Under the pieces are notes generated by a model. The model was not told the origin of the DNA, ran no database searches, and was given only the letters and a program-made list of their open reading frames with translations. 64,000 nt of DNA, taken from assembly GCA_033763315.1 (NCBI GenBank), contig JANRKS010000032.1, forward strand, positions 544,001 to 608,000, read 5' to 3'. This DNA is from Deltaproteobacteria bacterium (GTDB lineage Bacteria > Myxococcota_A > Polyangia > Fen-1088). A program made the translations under genes and the position numbers. Shown here in pieces: positions 1 to 8,116 of the stretch; position 1 is the first letter of the stretch; each line of letters begins with the position of its first letter.

Positions 1-1356
1 GTCGCCACGCTGACGTTGAAACGGTTGGCCGAACGTGGGCGCGTGCTGGAGGGGGAGTTTCGCCCGACCGGCACGCAGCGCGAATGGTGTGAGCAAGACG
101 TCCTGCGTACGATTCGGCGGCGCTCGCTTGCCAAACTCCGCAAAGAAGCTGAGCCCGTTGATCCGCCGGCCCTCGCGCGGCTTTATGCAAGTTGGCAGGG
201 CGTTACGCGCAAGCGGCGCGGCCTAGACGCATTGCTCGAAGTCATCGAGTCCCTGCAAGGCACACCGATGGCTGCATCGATCTTCGAGCAAGACATCCTG
301 GCCGCGCGTCTTATAGATTATCGACCTTCCGATCTCGATACGCTCTCAGCGGCCGGCGAAATCGTGTGGGTGGGGGTGGAGCCGCTTGGCAACAACGACG
401 GCCGCATTGCTTTATACCTCACCGATCACCTGCCCGCGTTGTCGCAGCCACAAGCGGCGGAGGATGCGCCGCTGCTCACGCATCTACGTGCACGGGGCGC
501 GTCGTTCTTCAGCGACATGCAGTATGAGTTAGGGGGCTTTCCCGGTAAGTTGGTGGATGTTTTGTGGGATCTGGTGTGGAAGGGCCTGGTGACCAACGAT
601 ACCTTTCACTCGTTGCGCGCCTTCACGAAGCCCAAGCTGCCCCAACGAACCGCACCGCGCTTTCGGTCGCGTCGTGTGGCCGCTCCGTCCACCGAAGGGC
701 GTTGGTCACTCGTGCCACGCACGCAAGTCACTGACACCCAACGTTGCAAGGCCTTGGCTCAACAACTCTTGGCTCGCTATGGCCTTGTTACGCGTGAAGG
801 CGCCGCCGCAGAGAATCTTGTGGGTGGCTTCTCTGCGATTTATCCCGTGCTCAAAGCCATGGAGGAAGCGGGCAAAGTGCGGCGTGGTTATTTCGTGACC
901 GGTCTTGGCGCCCTGCAGTTTGCGACGGGCGGTGCCATTGATCTGCTGCGCGTGCTCAAGGATGAGCCCGAGAAGCCTGAGACACTGATCTTGGCCGCCA
1001 CGGATCCCGCAAACCCCTATGGCGCCGTTTTGCCGTGGCCGTCATCCATGTTCTCGCTTTCGCGCAGTGTGGGCGCGCATGTGATCTTGGTCAACGGCGT
1101 GATGACCTGTTATGTGCCACGCGGGGAAAAGCAGCTGTATGTGTTTTTGCCCGAGGACGACCCGCAACGCACCGTTGCCGCGCGCGAAGTGGCGAACACA
1201 CTTGCCGCATTGGTGAAGCAGGGGCACCGACGTGCGCTGCTGATCGCGCTTGTGAATGATGAATCGGTGGGCCGTTCACCACTAGCGCCGTTTTTGGCGC
1301 AAGCCGGTTTCGTCCCCACAGCGGTGGGATATCAGATTCGCGTGACCAATGCCTGA
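1..1356 (+). CDS. lhr: Lhr family ATP-dependent helicase, C-terminal part (5'-truncated by the window edge)
   Basis: Frame open from base 1. Lhr C-terminal motifs EGEFRP, EWC..LRTIRRRSLA.LR, GRWSL, RYG.VTRE, RRGYFV.GLG..QFA and ATDPANPYG. Stop overlaps the nei start. Confidence 0.9.
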   Translation, partial: VATLTLKRLAERGRVLEGEFRPTGTQREWCEQDVLRTIRRRSLAKLRKEAEPVDPPALARLYASWQGVTRKRRGLDALLEVIESLQGTPMAASIFEQDILAARLIDYRPSDLDTLSAAGEIVWVGVEPLGNNDGRIALYLTDHLPALSQPQAAEDAPLLTHLRARGASFFSDMQYELGGFPGKLVDVLWDLVWKGLVTNDTFHSLRAFTKPKLPQRTAPRFRSRRVAAPSTEGRWSLVPRTQVTDTQRCKALAQQLLARYGLVTREGAAAENLVGGFSAIYPVLKAMEEAGKVRRGYFVTGLGALQFATGGAIDLLRVLKDEPEKPETLILAATDPANPYGAVLPWPSSMFSLSRSVGAHVILVNGVMTCYVPRGEKQLYVFLPEDDPQRTVAAREVANTLAALVKQGHRRALLIALVNDESVGRSPLAPFLAQAGFVPTAVGYQIRVTNA

Positions 1357-2170
1357 AGGCGATACGATTCACCGTGCTGCACACACCCTGAATTTGGCGT
1401 TAGCAGGCCAAACCGTGACTTCGTTTGCCAGTGTGTTTCCCGCGCTCTTGCGCAGGGATGAGGACCATCCCTTGGTGGGCCGCGTGGTCGAACGTGTTTA
1501 CGCCCTTGGCAAGAACCTATTGATGCAGTTCTCTGGCGACCTGTTTTTGCGGACGCATATGCGCATGCATGGCAGCTGGCACATCTATAAGCCTGGCGAG
1601 CGTTGGCAGCGTCCCCGCGATGAGATGCGCATTGTTATCGAAACGCCGGCGTGGGTCGCGGTGGCGTTCGCTGTGCCGGTGGCTGAGTTTCATTCTGCGG
1701 CCTCGCTGCAGCAGCAAGAAGATGTGCGTCTGATTGGGCCTGATTTCGCTGCAGAGACGTTTGATTTCGATGAGGCCAAACGCCGCGTGCAGGCGCGCCC
1801 CACAGAAGAGATCGCCGATGTGCTTCTGAACCAGCGTGTGGTGGCGGGCCTTGGCAACGAATACAAAAGTGAGGTCCTATTCATTGCTAAGGTGCATCCG
1901 TTCGCCTTGGTGCAAGCGGTTCCTGATGCGGCGCTCATGAAGGTGCTCGAGACGGGGCGCAAACTGATGCTGGCCAACACGGCACCGGGCGCACGTGGGC
2001 GCGTGACAACGTTTAGCCTTGATCCAAGGCAAGCCCAATACGTTTACGAGCGCAGTGGTAAGCCCTGCCGGCGTTGCGGGGCTAGGATTCGCTTTGCTCG
2101 TCAGGGTCCCAACGCACGCGTGACGTTCTGGTGTGAGCCCTGCCAATCGACCGGGGCACCTGCGCGCTAA
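1349..2170 (+). CDS. nei: Fpg/Nei family DNA glycosylase/AP lyase (endonuclease VIII-like)
   Basis: N-terminal MPEG (catalytic Pro), HMRMHGSW, H2TH motif LLNQRVVAGLGNEYKSE, C-terminal zinc finger CRRC...CEPCQ. Confidence 0.93.
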   Translation: MPEGDTIHRAAHTLNLALAGQTVTSFASVFPALLRRDEDHPLVGRVVERVYALGKNLLMQFSGDLFLRTHMRMHGSWHIYKPGERWQRPRDEMRIVIETPAWVAVAFAVPVAEFHSAASLQQQEDVRLIGPDFAAETFDFDEAKRRVQARPTEEIADVLLNQRVVAGLGNEYKSEVLFIAKVHPFALVQAVPDAALMKVLETGRKLMLANTAPGARGRVTTFSLDPRQAQYVYERSGKPCRRCGARIRFARQGPNARVTFWCEPCQSTGAPAR

Positions 2171-3261
2171 CTGGATTCCGCCGTTTCGCTCTCCGCCGTT
2201 TCTTGCTTCCACAGTTGCAAGAGCGTGAAGAACAAACTCAAAGCCAAGGGCCCGGCCACCAACCCGATCGCACCGAACAACGCCACACCACCCAACAGGG
2301 AGAAAAACACCACCGCTCCGTGCAGCTGCTCTTTGCCCTTGGTCAGCAGTGGCCTCACCACGTTATCCACCACGCCAACCACCAAGGTGGCCCATGCGGC
2401 CAAAAACAAGGCCGAATACAGATGCCCCGTGGCATACAGCAGCAGCGCGAGTGGCAGCGCCACCAGCGCGGTGCCGATGGCAGGGAAGAACGAAGTAAAG
2501 AACGTGAGCAGGCCAAAGAAGAAAGCCTGGGGCACGTGCGCGATGAAATAGCCAATGGTGGCAACCGCGGCTTGCGCCAACGCGGTCAGCAGGTTGCCGC
2601 CAAGGACAACGCGAGCTGATTGACGAAAGCGCACCAGCACTTGCCTCGTTCGATCCGATCGCAGCGGAACGTTGTTGTTAGCCCATCGTCGCAAACCGGG
2701 CCCATCCGCAAACAGGAAGAACATGGCCACGGTCATCAATGCATATTGAGTGACGAAGGCACCGAGCACAGTCAAGCCGCCCATCGCCCGACGCGCCAGC
2801 GAGCCCGACGCCCCCAAAGTTTGCCCGATGTCTTTCGGCAAAGTGACGGTGTAATCAAGCAGCCGTGAAGCGAAGGGCTCAGGCAGCTTCATGAGCAGCT
2901 CTTTGTACTTGCCTTCGTCGATGAAACCGCGCACGACGTAAAGAGCGTCATCCGCTTGCGAAATGGCGATGGCCACCAGCAACGCAATCGGTGCCAGAAT
3001 CAAAACATTGGTGCCCACCGTCATTACCGTTGCCGCCAACCAACGCCGCCCCCGAAACGTGCGAACCAGCTTTTCCTGAATGCCGTTGAGCCCCGCGGTG
3101 ATCACGGCGGCCAGCAACAACGGTTGCCACAGCGGCAGGAGCAATGCGGCGATCAGCGCCCCGCTCGCCATCAGGGCCCAGAAGGTGAAGCGTCGTTCCG
3201 TTGTGGGTGGTGCAACGACCAAGTGTGGCTCCTCCGGATTCACTTTCGTTCGTAGTGGCAC
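2167..3261 (-). CDS. AI-2E family transporter
   Basis: 364-aa polytopic membrane protein with P.IGTALV, VDNVVRP and FFSLLGGVALFGAIGLVAGP motifs. Confidence 0.88.
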   Translation of the reverse strand: MPLRTKVNPEEPHLVVAPPTTERRFTFWALMASGALIAALLLPLWQPLLLAAVITAGLNGIQEKLVRTFRGRRWLAATVMTVGTNVLILAPIALLVAIAISQADDALYVVRGFIDEGKYKELLMKLPEPFASRLLDYTVTLPKDIGQTLGASGSLARRAMGGLTVLGAFVTQYALMTVAMFFLFADGPGLRRWANNNVPLRSDRTRQVLVRFRQSARVVLGGNLLTALAQAAVATIGYFIAHVPQAFFFGLLTFFTSFFPAIGTALVALPLALLLYATGHLYSALFLAAWATLVVGVVDNVVRPLLTKGKEQLHGAVVFFSLLGGVALFGAIGLVAGPLALSLFFTLLQLWKQETAESETAESS

Positions 3262-3275
3262 AGCCCCCCATTATA

Positions 3276-3312
3276 TGCACGGGATGTGCCCGAAGTTGGC
3301 GCAAACAGTGCA
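3276..3312. promoter_or_regulatory. Back-to-back divergent sigma54-type (-24/-12) promoters
   Basis: Minus strand GGGCACATCCCGTGCA (GG 3290-3289, GC 3278-3277). Plus strand TGGCGCAAACAGTGCA (GG 3298-3299, GC 3310-3311). Both have exact GG-N10-GC spacing. Confidence 0.5.
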
Positions 3313-3380
3313 AGGAAACCCAGCAAGGGCACCTGTCGTTTGCGAACCTGCGGCAAAAGGGCCGCGAAACCATACGAAAT

Positions 3381-4532
3381 ATGACCTGGAACCCCAAACT
3401 TTCTTCGGCAACGGCGCGGTTTGAGCACATGGCGCGTGAGGCGGCAAGCGATCCCGACGTCATCACTTTGGGGGCAGGCCTACCGGCAGAGGAAACGCTT
3501 CCGTCGGCCGAGCTTTCACAAGCCTTCGCGCGAGTGATGTCGTCGCCAAAGTTGGCTTCCGAAGCTTTGCAGTATGGGTGGCCCGAAGGCGCCGCGCCTT
3601 TGCGTGAATACATCGCGCACCGGCTCGCTGCACGCGGGGCCACGGTTGAACCCGACGAGGTGATCGTGACCAGCGGTGCCCAACAGGCGTTGGCCTTGAT
3701 CGTGTCCGCTTTGAAACCGCTGTTACCGTCCAGCAAGTTGCAGATCAACGTGGGTGAACGCTCCTATGCCGGTGCACTTGAACTGTTCAGGGCGCACGGT
3801 TTTGCGTGCGTGGTAGAACCCGCGCCCGTTGTCTATGCGATGCCCGCGCTCGCCAACCCAGGCGGCGAAAGAGGGTTGGGCCCTTCCCCTTCACCATCGT
3901 CGCAGCCTGGCACCTGGTTCCTTGAAGACGATGCCTATGCTGATCTCAGCTTTGATGGGCGCACGCCGCGTTCATGGTTGGCGATCAATCGCTGCAGCGT
4001 CTTTCACGTGGGCACGCTTTCGAAAACTGTGTGTCCTGGTCTTCGGGTGGGTTGGGTCGTCCCGCCTCCTGCGCTGGCACGATCGATGTTGCATCTAAAA
4101 CGTGAAGCCGACATTCAAACAGCGGGCTTAGGTCAAAGCACCGCCCTAGCGTTCTTGCAGGCAAACGACTTCGACGAACGCCTCGCGCGTCTGCGCACCT
4201 TTTACGCCACCCGTGCCGACGCTTTGATGTCGGCCCTGCGGACGCATCTGCCATCTTGGCGCTTCGTTGAACCAGAAGGAGGCTTTTCGCTGTGGGCCGA
4301 GCCGGATGTGCCCCTACAAGAAGCAGGCTTTGTGGCCGCGTGTTTGGAAGCCGGCGTGAGCCTCGACCCCGGTTCGGCTTGTCGTCCTGTTTCGCCCGGC
4401 CAGGAGCACACGATCGCGCCGGGGCTGCGCTTATGTTTTTCCAGCCAAAGTGAACGACGGTTACAAGCAGGCACGCGACGCTTGGCTCGCGCCTACGCAC
4501 GCTTGGCCGCCTCCGTCGTCAAGCCTGCTTAA
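3381..4532 (+). CDS. PLP-dependent aminotransferase (MocR/LysN-like, no HTH domain)
   Basis: LGAGLP, ALQYG..EG...LRE, VIVTSGAQQAL, EDDAY, PLP-lysine motif TLSKTVCPGLRVGW, PEGGF. Start moved to ATG 3381. Confidence 0.85.
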   Translation: MTWNPKLSSATARFEHMAREAASDPDVITLGAGLPAEETLPSAELSQAFARVMSSPKLASEALQYGWPEGAAPLREYIAHRLAARGATVEPDEVIVTSGAQQALALIVSALKPLLPSSKLQINVGERSYAGALELFRAHGFACVVEPAPVVYAMPALANPGGERGLGPSPSPSSQPGTWFLEDDAYADLSFDGRTPRSWLAINRCSVFHVGTLSKTVCPGLRVGWVVPPPALARSMLHLKREADIQTAGLGQSTALAFLQANDFDERLARLRTFYATRADALMSALRTHLPSWRFVEPEGGFSLWAEPDVPLQEAGFVAACLEAGVSLDPGSACRPVSPGQEHTIAPGLRLCFSSQSERRLQAGTRRLARAYARLAASVVKPA

Positions 4533-5053
4533 GGCGCGGCCACAATGGCCACGTTGCCCGCTTCGTTCCACCGGTGTGCGAACTCATCGAAGCGTTGCAC
4601 CACGTAGCCACGCTGCGGATCGATCAACATCAGTTTCGATGCCACGGGCGACGTGCCCACAACCACAACGAAGTGACCATAGCGCCGCTGGTTCTCGTCC
4701 ATCGCCACGCCAACGATCACAGGGCGTCCCTTGGCCGTTTCGTTCTGCAGATCGCCGATGGATCCGGCGATAACAAACGCGAGCAACCCTGACGCTTCCA
4801 ACGCTTGTTTGATTTGCCCCGCGCGCACGCCATTGTCGCCGGTTTTCATGGCGACGGGCACGGGTTTATCCCAATGGGCCACCACCATTTGCGCCGCCGC
4901 CAGGCCGCACGCGCGGCGGTCCGTTTGAATCACGGGCGTGATGTGTGGCACCACGTTCCACGCGTCTTGCGTGGCCAGTGTTGGTGGTTGGTTCACAACC
5001 GCGGGAGCGCAAGCGCCCAAACCCAACACCACGCCCAGCAGCCAGAACTTCAC
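4529..5053 (-). CDS. Stand-alone peptidase C39-like cysteine protease, lipoprotein
   Basis: Lipobox LGAC. Q...CG (IQTDRRACGLAA), G.PVIV, GHFVVVVG and IDP give the Gln/Cys/His/Asp set. No ABC domain. GTG start overlaps the upstream TGA. Confidence 0.85.
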   Translation of the reverse strand: MKFWLLGVVLGLGACAPAVVNQPPTLATQDAWNVVPHITPVIQTDRRACGLAAAQMVVAHWDKPVPVAMKTGDNGVRAGQIKQALEASGLLAFVIAGSIGDLQNETAKGRPVIVGVAMDENQRRYGHFVVVVGTSPVASKLMLIDPQRGYVVQRFDEFAHRWNEAGNVAIVAAP

Positions 5054-5364
5054 AGCACCACGATCAAGATCACCAACAACAACACGATGGCCGCGGTGGA
5101 GCCGCCAATGTAGAGCCCGGCGCCGCCGCCCTCAAAGTTCTTTTGGGTCGTCGCCATCTGTTCGCGCCCTTGATAAGTTTGCACGAACGCCGCACGGTCT
5201 TGGCTGCTGTTGGCTAACTCAGCATTCCCCGCTGGGCTGGGCGGCGTTGGTTGAACGGCCACGCCTGCTGTCTCCGTGGGCGAGCCCCACGCGGGCATGC
5301 CTTGCACACACAACCACAGTCCACCCAAACCGATCGCTGTTTTCATCCATGTACTGGCTGTCAT
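5050..5364 (-). CDS. Small exported protein with a double-glycine motif and hydrophobic C-terminal tail (putative C39 substrate)
   Basis: RBS GAGGA. Signal peptide ending AWG, P/A-rich linker, then ...QKNFEGG-GAGLYIGGSTAAIVLLLVILIVVL at the C-terminus. Confidence 0.75.
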   Translation of the reverse strand: MTASTWMKTAIGLGGLWLCVQGMPAWGSPTETAGVAVQPTPPSPAGNAELANSSQDRAAFVQTYQGREQMATTQKNFEGGGAGLYIGGSTAAIVLLLVILIVVL

Positions 5365-5402
5365 TTGTCCGTCCTCGTACTGGCTGTCATTTGTCCGTCC
5401 TC
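5351..5402. repeat. Exact 26-bp tandem duplication spanning an RBS and start codon
   Basis: GTACTGGCTGTCATTTGTCCGTCCTC occurs at 5351-5376 and 5377-5402. The minus strand reads GAGGACGGACAAATGACAGCCAGTAC. Confidence 0.97.
5361..5390 (-). CDS. 9-aa mini-ORF MTASTRTDK created by the duplication
   Basis: Has its own RBS (GAGGA) and ATG at 5390. Its TGA (5363-5361) overlaps the ATG at 5364 (ATGA). Translation is inferred. Confidence 0.45.
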   Translation of the reverse strand: MTASTRTDK

Positions 5403-5403
5403 G

Positions 5404-5688
5404 TTAGGCCGCCGCACTTAGCTCGGACCATTGCGGCCCTTGCAACACTGCAGGTTTTTCAGGGCGATGGCTGCCAATGCACTTCGCCAATGTCTTCGAG
5501 TCCCATGCTGCATCGATCGCCGTCACAGGCACGGTTGTGCGTGCGCCGTTGGCATCGAACACAGCCACACTTGCCACCCCTTTCGCCGAAGCGACGCGTT
5601 TTGCAGCCGCCACGGTGAACCACATAGGCACGGTCACCATGGCTGGTGCCGCGGCCTTCCCCTCAATCCTGTATGCCCCCGTCTTCAT
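5404..5688 (-). CDS. Small hypothetical protein with a degenerate single CBS-like segment
   Basis: TVPMWFTVAAAKRVASAKGVASVAVFD resembles the CBS pattern V.P..TV..A..+M....+..LPV+D. Stop lies directly before the duplicated RBS. Confidence 0.5.
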   Translation of the reverse strand: MKTGAYRIEGKAAAPAMVTVPMWFTVAAAKRVASAKGVASVAVFDANGARTTVPVTAIDAAWDSKTLAKCIGSHRPEKPAVLQGPQWSELSAAA

Positions 5689-5703
5689 CTTGCCGAACAG
5701 CAA

Positions 5704-5719
5704 TACAAAAAGCGTGCCG
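5704..5719 (-). promoter_or_regulatory. sigma54-type promoter candidate for the CBS-like/precursor/C39 operon
   Basis: CGGCACGCTTTTTGTA: consensus -24 GGCACG with a variant -12 (TTGT), 17 nt before ATG 5688. Confidence 0.5.
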
Positions 5720-5785
5720 CAACAAAAGGCGACCCAGCACTGGTATAAAGGGCGTGCGTTGCCAGGCTTTCCTCGCTCACGTTTC

Positions 5786-5977
5786 GTGCTTTGGATTATG
5801 GTTTCTGTGGCGGTTGCTGCCGCCGCGTGGGCTGTCTATCGCCTGCGTTGCGACGGCCGCCCGCCGCTAAACAATGGAAACTGCCCCGATCCCAGCGAAG
5901 AAGCGGACCCGTCAAGCCTCAAACAAGGCTCCATTCCCGGCAACCGTGACGGTACGCCGGGGCAACAGATCCGCTAA
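5786..5977 (+). CDS. Possible small membrane-anchored hypothetical protein
   Basis: N-terminal hydrophobic stretch VLWIMVSVAVAAAAWAVYR, then a polar tail. Fills the gap up to the mtnA stop. Start uncertain. Confidence 0.3.
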   Translation: MLWIMVSVAVAAAAWAVYRLRCDGRPPLNNGNCPDPSEEADPSSLKQGSIPGNRDGTPGQQIR

Positions 5978-7011
5978 GCCCTGTGCACCCACAGAGCGGC
6001 CATGGATTGCCGCGAAGGGCGTTCAACCGCGCACGTCTCTGTAACCAGCACATCGACGAGTTCCGCAGGTGTAACGTCGAACGAAGGATTGAAGGCTGCC
6101 GAACCCGCGGGAGCGATGGCCGTGCCTGCAAACATCGTTACCTCTTGCGGGGGACGCTGCTCGATGGGGATCTGTTCGCCGTCACTGAGCGCCCCATCGA
6201 TGGTGGAAGTCGGCGCCACCACCATGAACTTGACCCCATGATGGCGGGCCAAGATCGCCAAGGGATATGTGCCCACTTTGTTCGCCACATCGCCGTTGGC
6301 AGCCACGCGATCCGCGCCAACGATCACCCATTGCACTTGGCCCTGGCGAAACAACGTGGCCGCGGCGCTTTCGGTGCTCACGCAGAAGGGGATGCCTTCT
6401 TGCTGCAACTCCCAAGCGGTCAAACGCGTGCCTTGCATCCACGGACGTGTTTCACCCACGAAGGCTTGCTGCAGGTGACCTCGCCGAAACGCTTCACGTA
6501 CCACCGCCAAAGACGTGCCTTCACCGCCTGTGGCCAGGGCGCCGGCGTTGCAATGCGTGTAGACGTTTGAGCCGGCCGTGATGAAAGCGGCGCCCCGCTG
6601 GCCCATCGCCGCGCATGCCGCGCGATCTTCGGCTGCGATCGCGTGCGCTTCGGCCAAGAGCCTTGCCACCAAGCTTGTCTCAACGTCGCGGTGATCATGA
6701 GCTTGCCAAACACGCCGCATGCGCCGCAAAGCCCAAAACAGATTCACCGCCGTGGGTCGCGAGGCTGCCAAGATCTCCACATCAGCGTTGATGGCTGCGG
6801 CGTTGCTGCCGTGCTGTTGCGCCGCCAACACCACCGCATACGCCGCCGTGATTCCGATGGCAGGCGCGCCACGCACCACCATATCTTTGATGGCGGTGGC
6901 CACGCCCTTCGCATCGACAAAATCGAGGTAGCAAACGTTGTGGGGCAACAAACGTTGATCCAGCAGGCGCAAGCGCTCGCCGGACCACAACACAGGCGAG
7001 GGCGTCTTCAT
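5974..7011 (-). CDS. mtnA: S-methyl-5-thioribose-1-phosphate isomerase
   Basis: LLDQRLLP, MVVRGAPAIG, RPTAVNLFWAL, THCNAGALAT, ETRP..QG.RLTAWEL, GADRVAANGDVANKVGTY, NPSFDVTP. ATG 7011 overlaps the upstream TGA. Confidence 0.95.
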   Translation of the reverse strand: MKTPSPVLWSGERLRLLDQRLLPHNVCYLDFVDAKGVATAIKDMVVRGAPAIGITAAYAVVLAAQQHGSNAAAINADVEILAASRPTAVNLFWALRRMRRVWQAHDHRDVETSLVARLLAEAHAIAAEDRAACAAMGQRGAAFITAGSNVYTHCNAGALATGGEGTSLAVVREAFRRGHLQQAFVGETRPWMQGTRLTAWELQQEGIPFCVSTESAAATLFRQGQVQWVIVGADRVAANGDVANKVGTYPLAILARHHGVKFMVVAPTSTIDGALSDGEQIPIEQRPPQEVTMFAGTAIAPAGSAAFNPSFDVTPAELVDVLVTETCAVERPSRQSMAALWVHRA

Positions 7012-7454
7012 AACGGGTCGTAGGTGGTGAAGATAAAGTCTTGAGCTGCGGCTTTGGCGTGGCAATCCATGCATTTGCTCTGGGGGACGGGCACGCGCTC
7101 GTGGCCTTCGTTGTCGAAGTTGCGCGTGTACTCATCCCAGCGCCATCGGCCTTCTTGTTTGCGTGCCGTTGCCACCAACCACGTGTAAGCCACGCCAGGC
7201 CGGCGCGATTCCTTCACGATGATCGTACCGTCAGGAAAGGGCCTCGTGTTGGCCAACAGCACCGGCAAATCAACGTTGCAGGCGAAGACGTTCTTGATGC
7301 CCTTGTGGGGATCGCCCTCATACGGAGGGATCGGGTCTTTGTTCAAACGCACGCACGTGGGCGCCGTTTGATAACCTTCGATGTCAGCGGGCAGCGTTTC
7401 TCCGCAGGCCGCCACGAGGGCCAGCGCCAGGGCCAAACCGATTCGCCAGAACAT
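7008..7454 (-). CDS. Cytochrome P460/c'-beta-like monoheme lipoprotein
   Basis: Lipobox VAAC, FPDGTIIVKE motif, C-terminal heme motif CMDCH followed by DFIFT. Confidence 0.75.
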   Translation of the reverse strand: MFWRIGLALALALVAACGETLPADIEGYQTAPTCVRLNKDPIPPYEGDPHKGIKNVFACNVDLPVLLANTRPFPDGTIIVKESRRPGVAYTWLVATARKQEGRWRWDEYTRNFDNEGHERVPVPQSKCMDCHAKAAAQDFIFTTYDPL

Positions 7455-7504
7455 TGGGCGCAGTGTAGCCCGAAGGTGTGCGTATCAGGGTATTATCTGT
7501 GTCG

Positions 7505-8029
7505 ATGTTTGGCCTACGCCTGATGACATTTGTCCACGCTTCGTTGGCGTTTGCGGCCCCGGTGCAGGTCGCCGCCAGCGTTGAGGGGATGCCGCGGCCC
7601 ACGGTGGGGTTTGGGCTTGGCCCCGCGGTGTTGTTGAAGTCGCAGTCGCACGCGGTTTCGCATTTGATCAAACCTTTGGCCTCGCTGTACGTGCGCTGGC
7701 CTTGGCGTGAGCGTTTTGAATTTGGCGCGCAGGCGGTGGCACTTGCCGATGACAACCAGCACTACCGGGTGCTGGGGGCCTTGGGGCAAGCGCGTTGGCA
7801 GGCTTGGGCGCGCGGCGTGTTTTCCACTGGTTTTGCCGCAGGGCTCGGTGCTGGCCACGATGCCGACATTCTGCACGCCAACCTGCAGGGGGGCGGGATC
7901 TCCGTTTACGGCACCGCCGGCGTGGATGCCCGCTGGAATGTGGGCTCGCGCTGGGCGGTGGCGGCTGAGGTCGACACCCTCAACCTTGCCACCGTGCGCC
8001 TGGCGGCGTGCTTGTCCGTCCGGTTCTAA
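7505..8029 (+). CDS. Putative small outer-membrane beta-barrel protein
   Basis: Signal-like N-terminus (AFA), alternating amphipathic strands, C-terminal Phe (LSVRF). Confidence 0.6.
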   Translation: MFGLRLMTFVHASLAFAAPVQVAASVEGMPRPTVGFGLGPAVLLKSQSHAVSHLIKPLASLYVRWPWRERFEFGAQAVALADDNQHYRVLGALGQARWQAWARGVFSTGFAAGLGAGHDADILHANLQGGGISVYGTAGVDARWNVGSRWAVAAEVDTLNLATVRLAACLSVRF

Positions 8030-8048
8030 GCCCAGCGGTGAAATGGCC

Positions 8049-8116
8049 TTGACCGCTCAGCGACGATCTCGCACACTGAAGCTGCGAATAGGAATACATC
8101 AATGAATAAACATGCA
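8049..8116 (+). promoter_or_regulatory. sigma70-type promoter and possible operator of the apiose operon
   Basis: TTGACC (8049-8054), 17 nt, CACACT (8072-8077). RBS AGGA. Imperfect palindrome TGAATAAACATGCA at 8103-8116. Confidence 0.35.

Noticed and set aside
3201-3380. Extended N-termini given by the ORF track (e.g. starts 3201, 7074, 17961, 23615, 48012, 48514, 56744, 59983, 61008)
   Set aside because: The extensions overlap neighbouring genes or promoters and precede the family's normal N-terminus, so downstream starts were used.
5351-5402. 26-bp repeat as a CRISPR array
   Set aside because: Only two copies, directly adjacent with no spacer, and no cas genes in the window.
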